The notes beneath the pieces were generated by a model that searched no databases, was not told the DNA's origin, and saw only the letters and a program-made list of their open reading frames with translations. From an uncultured Thermoanaerobaculia bacterium (GTDB lineage: Bacteria > Acidobacteriota > Thermoanaerobaculia > Thermoanaerobaculales > Sulfomarinibacteraceae): a stretch of DNA of 64,000 nt. The stretch is from assembly GCA_964641415.1 (NCBI GenBank), contig CAZXMW010000005.1, positions 14,760 to 78,759 on the forward strand, given 5' to 3'. Shown here in pieces: positions 54,890 to 64,000 of the stretch (the stretch's first letter is position 1; each line of letters begins with the position of its first letter). Made by a program: the position numbers and the translations under genes.

Positions 54890-56407
54890 TCACTCTCCGA
54901 AGGTTTCGACGTGCCGCTCGTGCGCTCGTTCGAGCCACGGGCGCCAGGTTCGGGACGCGCGGAGCAGCTCGCTCACCTTGACCGGTCGCAGCCGGCGACG
55001 GGTGAGCTCCTGGACGAATCGCGGCAGGTCGGACCACGGCGGCTCCTCGCGCTCGGTCGCCAGGTGCATCAGGACGATGCCTCCTTCGAGCCGTGGAAAC
55101 GCGAGCAGCCGGTCGACCATCCGGCGCGAGTTTCGGTACAGGCGCGAGTGCTCGTCGGCGATCCAGTCAAGGGAGTCCAGCGACGCGCCTTCGAGCGAGC
55201 TCCAGCGGACGTGCAGGTACCCGAGTTCCATGCCCCACTGACGCAGCTCGGAGTTCTCTTCGCCGTACGGTGCGCGCCACAGCGGCACCATGGCACGACC
55301 GGTGGCCTTGCGAAAGGCGATCTCTGTCTGTCGCAGCTGGTCATGCAGCATGGCCCGCGTCACACCAGGGAGAGTGCGGTGGCGGCGGTCGTCCGCCCAG
55401 CTCGTCAGGTGCGGGTGTGAGTAGGTGTGACTGCCGACCTCATGGCCGGCGAGCACGGCCTGACGGACCAGAGTCGGGTACCGCTCGACGAAACGGCCGG
55501 TGACGAAGAGCGTAATCTGCAAATCAAGACGTTGCAGCAGATCGAGAAGCTCCGCGGTGCCGTTGGAGGACCCGTCGCCGTCGAAGGTGACGGCGATTCG
55601 AGGTCCGGCGTCGGTGACCAGGTGGAGCACCGGCGGCGACGGACCGCGCGACCTCGACCGGGTCGCCGCACCGTCGCGAATCGCCGTCGGCAGCCGATCT
55701 CGGGCAGGAGGCGCCGTGGCGGTCGGTCGTCGGGTCTCTGTCGGCGTCGTTGTCGGCGTCTCTGTCGGCGTCATTGTCGGTGTCTCGGTTGCGGTTGCAC
55801 TGGCGGTCTGCGTCGGGGACGAGGTTGCGGTTGCCGTCGGAGTCGAGGTCGCCGTCGGTGTTTCGGTCGGCAGAGGCGGGATCGTCTCCGGGGCCTCGGC
55901 GAACGAGGCGATGGCGAGCTCGGCGCCGGGATCGATCTCGAGATCGTCGACGAGCGCTTCGCCCCGACGATCCAGGGTCACGATCCTCACCGGACGCCCA
56001 TCGGCGATCAGAACCGCTTGAGAGTCCGGAGTGCCCCGGACGCGGACTGTGGGCCGGTCGCTGCCGCGCACCAGCTCGGCGACGGCGTGCGGCCCTTCGG
56101 CGAGTCCGGGTGCGTGCCGAATCTCGACCATCCAGCCGGCGAGCACGACACCGATCCAGGAGCTCGCGGCCAGCAGGCTGACGGCGACCACGATGGTTGC
56201 CCAAGGCCGGGGAACGCGTCGTCGGAGCCCGGTCCGACCGGTCGCGGCGAGGCGTGCTCCGAGGTCATGGAGTCGGCATCTCCAACCGCAGTAGGCGTAA
56301 CCGCTCCTCAGCTCGACGCAGCGGTCGCACAGCCACTTTCCGCAGCCGCGACACCGGACCTCGGCCTCGCGCGACGGGTGGTTCGCACAGCGCGAGATCA
56401 CCCGCAT
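54890..56407 (-). CDS. Polysaccharide deacetylase (NodB homology) with N-terminal zinc ribbon, TM helix and Pro/Thr-rich linker
   Basis: The zinc ribbon is C..H...E..C..CG...C..C. The linker is TPTATSTPTATATSSPTQTASATATETPTMTPTETPTTTPTE. The NodB part reads VTFDGDG...TLFVTG...GHEVGSHTYSHPHL. Confidence 0.8.
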   Translation of the reverse strand: MRVISRCANHPSREAEVRCRGCGKWLCDRCVELRSGYAYCGWRCRLHDLGARLAATGRTGLRRRVPRPWATIVVAVSLLAASSWIGVVLAGWMVEIRHAPGLAEGPHAVAELVRGSDRPTVRVRGTPDSQAVLIADGRPVRIVTLDRRGEALVDDLEIDPGAELAIASFAEAPETIPPLPTETPTATSTPTATATSSPTQTASATATETPTMTPTETPTTTPTETRRPTATAPPARDRLPTAIRDGAATRSRSRGPSPPVLHLVTDAGPRIAVTFDGDGSSNGTAELLDLLQRLDLQITLFVTGRFVERYPTLVRQAVLAGHEVGSHTYSHPHLTSWADDRRHRTLPGVTRAMLHDQLRQTEIAFRKATGRAMVPLWRAPYGEENSELRQWGMELGYLHVRWSSLEGASLDSLDWIADEHSRLYRNSRRMVDRLLAFPRLEGGIVLMHLATEREEPPWSDLPRFVQELTRRRLRPVKVSELLRASRTWRPWLERAHERHVETFGE

Positions 56408-56569
56408 GAGCTTCCCTGCCGCTGGCCGTTCAGACGGTCGTTCGCGTCCCGCGCCAGCACGAGCCGGCGTGCTGTAGAATCGGGGCGCCGACGCGTGGAG
56501 ATCGGGTCACGGCTGCAACCCGAGAGCAAAGCTGGATTCCTCGTCGGCCGAGCCGAGGAGATCATCCGT

Positions 56570-57112
56570 ATGTGGAATGTTCCCAACAGCTTGACGATTC
56601 TTCGCATCGGCCTCGCACCGCTGCTCGTCGTGGTGTTGCTGACCGAGTTTCCGGACAAGGAAGTCTGGGGTCTGATCATCTTCTTGGTCGCGGCGCTGAC
56701 CGACGCGCTCGACGGGATCATCGCTCGCCGCACCAATAGAATAACCGTTACCGGCGCGATGCTCGATCCGATTGCCGACAAGCTGCTCATGAGCGCTGCG
56801 TTCATCTCGCTCGTCGAGCTCGGTCTGGCGCCGGCGTGGATGGTGACGCTCATCGTCGGCCGCGAGTTTGCGGTCACCGGGTTGCGGCTCATCGCCATGG
56901 AGCGACAGATCCCGATCTCGGCCAATCGCTGGGGTAAGGCCAAGACGACGACCCAGGTGATCGCCATCTCCTTGTTGATCTTTGGGAAGCACTTGGGCGA
57001 GCTGCGAGTCGTCGGCGAGATCGTGCTCTGGATCGCGGTGATCCTGACCGTGATCTCGATGGTGGTGTACTTCCGCCAGAATTGGGGAATCGTGCGCGGG
57101 ACCGACGAGTGA
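56570..57112 (+). CDS. pgsA: CDP-diacylglycerol--glycerol-3-phosphate 3-phosphatidyltransferase
   Basis: The CDP-alcohol phosphatidyltransferase motif is DALDGIIAR....TVTGAMLDPIADK. The protein is 180 aa with 4 TM helices. Confidence 0.85.
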   Translation: MWNVPNSLTILRIGLAPLLVVVLLTEFPDKEVWGLIIFLVAALTDALDGIIARRTNRITVTGAMLDPIADKLLMSAAFISLVELGLAPAWMVTLIVGREFAVTGLRLIAMERQIPISANRWGKAKTTTQVIAISLLIFGKHLGELRVVGEIVLWIAVILTVISMVVYFRQNWGIVRGTDE

Positions 57113-57209
57113 GGAACGGATCGCGCCGTCGTGTCGAGCGGAGACCGGCGAGCCGACGGCGATTGAGGACACCAACCCGACCGACCGGTCGGAGACGCCC
57201 GGAGGGTGC

Positions 57210-59660
57210 ATGATTCGCAAACTCGAGTCCGAAGAACTGGCGTGGTCCTGCCCGGATGAGTGGCTCAGCTGGCAGGCGTCGAACGAAATCGAGCCGGCGT
57301 CCACGATCGTCGGTCAGGATCGCGCGGTCGAGGCCATCGCGTTCGGCCTCGCCATGCGAGGAATCGGCTACAACGTTTTCGTCACCGGCCTGTCCGGAAC
57401 CGGTCGACTGACCACCATCAAGCAGTTCCTCGAGCACATCGACGGCGATCCGACGATTCCGGACGACGTCTGCTTCGTTCACAACTTCCGCAACCCCGAG
57501 GAACCGAATGCGCTGTTCATCGAGGCCGGCGCCGGCCGTCGACTCCGGGACGGAATGGAAAACCTGATCGAAGAGCTCGCCGAGAACCTGCCCAAAATCC
57601 TCAACGACAAGGAGATTCGGGCGAGATTGGATCGAGCGGTCAAGAGCTTCCAGCGGCAGGAACGGGAGCTGGTGGAGAGCTTCGACGAGGAGGTCAAGAA
57701 GGCCGGCTTCTCGATGGTCCAGATCCAGTCCGGACCGATCACTCGTCCCGAGATCATGCTCCTGGTCGAAGGCGACCCGGTGGCGGTCGATGACCTCGAG
57801 TCTCTGGTGGAGGACGGCAAGATCGAGGCCGACCGGGTGAAGACCCTGACCGAGAAGCACCGTGAGCTGTCGGGAAAGCTGCGCGAGATCTTCGAGCAGG
57901 TCGGCGAGCTGCGGCGCCAGGCACAGCAGGAGATCGAGCGGGTCCGGGCCGAGCTCCTGCACCCGACCTTCTCCGAGGCGGTGAGGCGGGTTTTGGTCGA
58001 GGTCGGCGACGAGCGCGCCCAGCCCTACCTCGAGGCGGTGCAACAGGATCTCGAAGAGAATGTCCACGTGTTCGTGGTCGATGACGACGAACAGAAACGA
58101 GACCGTTTCATCCGTTGGCGCGTCAACCTTGCAGTCGACAACTCGGAGCTCGACGGGCGGCCGGTCGTCATGGAGACCGAGCCGACCTACACCAATTTAT
58201 TCGGCACCATCGAGCGCTCGTTGCTGCCGTCGGGAGAGGGCACGACCTCGTTCATGCGGATCCGGGCTGGCTCGATGCTGCGGGCGAACGGCGGATACCT
58301 GGTGGTCAACGCCGAAGACGTGCTCATGGAACCTCGGGTTTGGCCTGGTCTGAAGCGCGCATTGCGCTACCGGCGGGTACAGATCCAGGCCTGGGAGAGC
58401 GTGGTCTTCGGCGCGGCGGTCCTCAAGCCGGAGCCGGTTCCGCTCGACGTCAAGGTGGTGGTCATCGGCGACCGCGCGATCTACGATCTCCTGTACCGGC
58501 GGGATGCTGATTTTCCCAAGATCTTCAAGGTGCTGGCCGACTTCGAGCGCGTCATCGCGAAGTCGAAGGACCACGCTGCGGACATTCTCTCAGTCCTCCA
58601 GAAGGTGGCGACCGAGGAGGACCTGCTGCCTTTCCATCGGAGCGGGATGGCGGCCGTCTTGGAACATGCGGTGTATCTCGGAAGCTGGCGCCGGCGATTC
58701 TCGAGCCGGTTTTCGGACCTCGCCGACATTCAACGCGAGGCGGACTACCATGCTCGCCTGGACAATGCCGAGGCGATCGAACGCCGGCATGTCATGGCGG
58801 CCAAGCAGGCGCGAAACCGCCGCCATGGACTGTCCGAGGACCGGACCCACGACCTCATCGCAGACGGTGTGGTGCACGTTGCGACCGACGGCGAGACCGT
58901 CGGCCAGGTCAACGGTCTCGCGGTGTACGACCTCGGTCACCACCGGTTCGGCAAGCCGTCGCGGATCACGGCCAGGGTCGGTTTGGGTCGGGAAGGGGTC
59001 ATCAACATCGAGCGGCAGGCGGGCCTGTCCGGGCCGACCCACGACAAGGGTGTGAGCATTCTGACCGGCTTCCTGCGCGGCACCTTTGCTCGAAGGGTCC
59101 CGCTCACCATGGCGTGCTCGGTGACCTTCGAGCAGAGCTACGGCGGCATCGACGGCGATTCGGCGTCGTCGACCGAGGTCTACGCCATTCTGTCGGCGCT
59201 GTCGGGTCTGCCGTTGAAGCAGGGCATCGCGGTGACCGGTTCCGTCGATCAGTACGGACGGGTCCAGGCCATCGGAGGGGTCAACGAGAAGATCGAGGGG
59301 TTCTTCCGAGTCTGCTCGAGCCGAGGGTTGACCGGCGCCGAGGGGGTGATGATCCCGTCGAGCAACGTCGGAGATCTCCACCTCGCCGACGAGGTCACCG
59401 AGGCGGTCGAGGCGGGCCGGTTCAACATCTGGTCGGTTGACAGCGTGGAGGACGGGGTCGAGCTGCTGGCCGGTGTTCCGGCGGGGCAGTGGTCGGACGA
59501 CGAAGGCTGGTCCGAGGACGGAGTGTACGGCCGTTGCGAAGCCAGGCTGGAGGAGATGGCGAGGCTGCTGCGTCGGTCAATCAAGGACCCGGAAACGAGC
59601 GGGACCGGCGATGACGACGGAAGTTCTCGGGGCGGTCGCGACGAAGAGACTGATGCCTGA
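57210..59660 (+). CDS. Lon-like (S16) protease with degenerate AAA-like domain (LonC/COG1067-like)
   Basis: The Lon protease domain reads GIDGDSASSTEVYAILSAL (Ser) and GGVNEKIEGF (Lys). The P-loop-like segment TGLSGTGRLTT lacks the canonical Lys. Confidence 0.75.
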   Translation: MIRKLESEELAWSCPDEWLSWQASNEIEPASTIVGQDRAVEAIAFGLAMRGIGYNVFVTGLSGTGRLTTIKQFLEHIDGDPTIPDDVCFVHNFRNPEEPNALFIEAGAGRRLRDGMENLIEELAENLPKILNDKEIRARLDRAVKSFQRQERELVESFDEEVKKAGFSMVQIQSGPITRPEIMLLVEGDPVAVDDLESLVEDGKIEADRVKTLTEKHRELSGKLREIFEQVGELRRQAQQEIERVRAELLHPTFSEAVRRVLVEVGDERAQPYLEAVQQDLEENVHVFVVDDDEQKRDRFIRWRVNLAVDNSELDGRPVVMETEPTYTNLFGTIERSLLPSGEGTTSFMRIRAGSMLRANGGYLVVNAEDVLMEPRVWPGLKRALRYRRVQIQAWESVVFGAAVLKPEPVPLDVKVVVIGDRAIYDLLYRRDADFPKIFKVLADFERVIAKSKDHAADILSVLQKVATEEDLLPFHRSGMAAVLEHAVYLGSWRRRFSSRFSDLADIQREADYHARLDNAEAIERRHVMAAKQARNRRHGLSEDRTHDLIADGVVHVATDGETVGQVNGLAVYDLGHHRFGKPSRITARVGLGREGVINIERQAGLSGPTHDKGVSILTGFLRGTFARRVPLTMACSVTFEQSYGGIDGDSASSTEVYAILSALSGLPLKQGIAVTGSVDQYGRVQAIGGVNEKIEGFFRVCSSRGLTGAEGVMIPSSNVGDLHLADEVTEAVEAGRFNIWSVDSVEDGVELLAGVPAGQWSDDEGWSEDGVYGRCEARLEEMARLLRRSIKDPETSGTGDDDGSSRGGRDEETDA

Positions 59661-59684
59661 GGGCGCGCGCAAGAATCACTGCCG

Positions 59685-59749
59685 CCTCGGGTGAGCGATT
59701 CTCACGGGAAGTGAAATCTGCAGCACATCTGGGCGCGAAAAATCCACAC
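59685..59749 (-). repeat. Partial, diverged copy D (inverted) of the roughly 160-nt repeat family
   Basis: The plus strand cctcgggtgagcgattctcac...atctgcagcacat matches the reverse complement of copy A (cctgagatgagcgattctcac...atctgcaccacat). Confidence 0.6.
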
Positions 59750-59829
59750 TGACTCTCGCGCGGGCCCTGATGTGAGGGTGACACAGCGCACACAAGATGA
59801 GATCGGAGCCGTTTTGGCGTGGTTTCCGG

Positions 59830-59859
59830 TTGACATGCGTTGACGCCCCGGTTCATAAT
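59830..59859 (+). promoter_or_regulatory. Candidate sigma70-type promoter of the M23 peptidase gene
   Basis: The elements are TTGACA-N18-CATAAT, 39 nt upstream of ATG 59898. Confidence 0.55.
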
Positions 59860-59897
59860 TGGCGGGCATCGCACTCCCGCGGCTGGGGAGCAAATCG

Positions 59898-60791
59898 ATG
59901 GAGGGGGACGTGCCGCGAAGACTCAATACGATCATCATCGTGCCCCACAGCCAGGCGCGATTCATCAAGCTGACGTTCTCGACGCGCACCATGGTCACGG
60001 CCGGCGTGGTTCTCGTCGCTGCGGTTGTGTTGTCGCTGGTCGCGGTCGCGTTCTCGGGCAATGCGGTGAGCCGGCGGGCCGAAGCCCAGCAGCTCCAAGC
60101 CGAGAACCGCGAGCTCGTCGAGGTCAATCGGGAGCTGTCGCGCACCATTGCCGAGGTCCAGGCGAGGCTCGACGACTTCGAGGAGCGAACGGCGCGTTTG
60201 GCTCTGGCGGCCGGCATGCCGAACGACTCTCCGGGTGTCGTGGGGGTGGTCAGGGTCGACGGCCAGGTCGGCAGCGGCGGGCCCTATGATCGTCTGTCGG
60301 ACCCTCCCGAGTCGCTTCGGCTGCAGGGCCAGTGGATCGACCAGCAGATCAAGCTGCTTGACGAGACCTTGGCCGAGAACCTCGACATGCTCTCCTGCAC
60401 ACCGACCATCGCACCGACCATCGGCGTGCTGACCGACGGGTTCGGGACGCGGAACGACCCGATCACGGGTCGACGCGCCTTCCACCGTGGTCTCGACATC
60501 TCGGCGCGGCGCGGCACACCAGTGTATGCGACCGCTGACGGCGTTGTCGTGTTCGCGGCGCGCAACGGCGGACTGGGCAGGACGCTCAAGATTTCGCATG
60601 GATTCGGTTTCACGACCGTCTACGGCCACCTGCACGAGATCGATGTCGAGCTCGGCGCCGAGGTTCGCCGTGGCGATCGGATCGGCGCCGTGGGCAACAC
60701 CGGGCGATCGACGGGTTCGCACCTGCACTACGAGGTTCACCAGGACGGGGCGGCCAAGAACCCGCTGTACTTCATTTTGGACCGTTTCTAG
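59898..60791 (+). CDS. M23 family metallopeptidase (membrane-anchored, coiled-coil N-terminus)
   Basis: The sequence reads HRGLDISA..GTPVYA, then GHL and GNTGRSTGSHLHYEV. Confidence 0.85.
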   Translation: MEGDVPRRLNTIIIVPHSQARFIKLTFSTRTMVTAGVVLVAAVVLSLVAVAFSGNAVSRRAEAQQLQAENRELVEVNRELSRTIAEVQARLDDFEERTARLALAAGMPNDSPGVVGVVRVDGQVGSGGPYDRLSDPPESLRLQGQWIDQQIKLLDETLAENLDMLSCTPTIAPTIGVLTDGFGTRNDPITGRRAFHRGLDISARRGTPVYATADGVVVFAARNGGLGRTLKISHGFGFTTVYGHLHEIDVELGAEVRRGDRIGAVGNTGRSTGSHLHYEVHQDGAAKNPLYFILDRF

Positions 60792-60808
60792 GATCTGCCG
60801 GCTCGGAG

Positions 60809-60846
60809 AACCGCCGCACGCAGGCCATGCGTGCGGCGGTTTTCTG
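60809..60846 (+). terminator. Rho-independent terminator
   Basis: A 13-bp stem aaccgccgcacgc / gcgtgcggcggtt has a 7-nt loop and is followed by ttctg. Confidence 0.75.
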
Positions 60847-60883
60847 ATGGTGGCGAGCCGGTCGGTCCGAGATCCTGAGTCGA

Positions 60884-60912
60884 TTGAAATCGCCGGCGAG
60901 GTGGACTACCCT
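60884..60912 (+). promoter_or_regulatory. Candidate promoter of secA
   Basis: The elements are TTGAAA-N17-TACCCT. The -10 element is weak. Confidence 0.3.
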
Positions 60913-60980
60913 GCCGGCACCGTCTTGGAGAGACCGGAGTGGGCCGCCGGCCTTCGGTGACGGTCAGCAGTGAACAGGGG

Positions 60981-64000
<3,020 letters not shown>

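Noticed and set aside
55720-55870. Tandem-like DNA repeats that might be a non-coding array
   Set aside because: They lie inside the deacetylase ORF and translate, on the minus strand, to a continuous Pro/Thr-rich linker. The region is coding, low-complexity sequence.

Overview
This is a high-GC bacterial chromosomal segment. There is no rRNA, CRISPR array, transposase or integrase. Domain families such as DUF4388, DUF1844, a PD40-propeller Ser/Thr kinase, GxxExxY and RDD suggest an Acidobacteriota-like or related Gram-negative lineage, but that is inference only. About 50 protein genes and one tRNA-Thr can be supported. The supported genes are, in order: a GxxExxY nuclease-like gene, a MobA-like transferase, DUF937, LpoB plus a partner lipoprotein, a YgjP-like metallopeptidase and a 1520-aa S8 protease. 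Next come an O-antigen-ligase-like gene, a POT transporter and a glycan cluster (PIG-L/GT2 fusion, GT4, GT2, methyltransferase). Then follow an LplA-like ligase with 2-oxoacid dehydrogenase E1ab/E2/E3, ChbG, GNAT, AhpD-like, tdk, a kinase-PD40 protein and a tetraheme cytochrome c. After these are fadN-fadA, an OM barrel plus Wza-like exporter, a crotonase and a DUF1844/TPR/DUF4388 triad. The window ends with dnaK-hspR-sigma, RDD plus an unknown 554-aa protein, hpt, YqeB-like, patatin, a polysaccharide deacetylase, pgsA, a Lon-like protease, an M23 peptidase, secA and the 5' end of guaB. Most long ORFs on the strand opposite these genes are GC-driven shadow ORFs. The most unusual content is non-coding. 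(1) A dispersed, roughly 160-nt repeat family has terminal inverted repeats and mutually exclusive helices. It has two full copies sitting exactly in 5' leaders and at least three partial copies. (2) There is a family of low-complexity tandem-repeat and inverted-repeat cassettes. One encloses the GxxExxY gene inside a perfect 33-bp stem. One is a gene-less AT-rich hairpin that shares the same ccatcgca/tgcgatgg clamp. One is a pair of hexamer microsatellites around a hairpin core. (3) There are well-formed operator/promoter architectures: a FadR-box-like palindrome on the fadN promoter and a HAIR-like operator on the dnaK promoter. Several translationally coupled gene sets of unknown function are also flagged. 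All functional calls come from reading motifs in the supplied translations. No database search was run.
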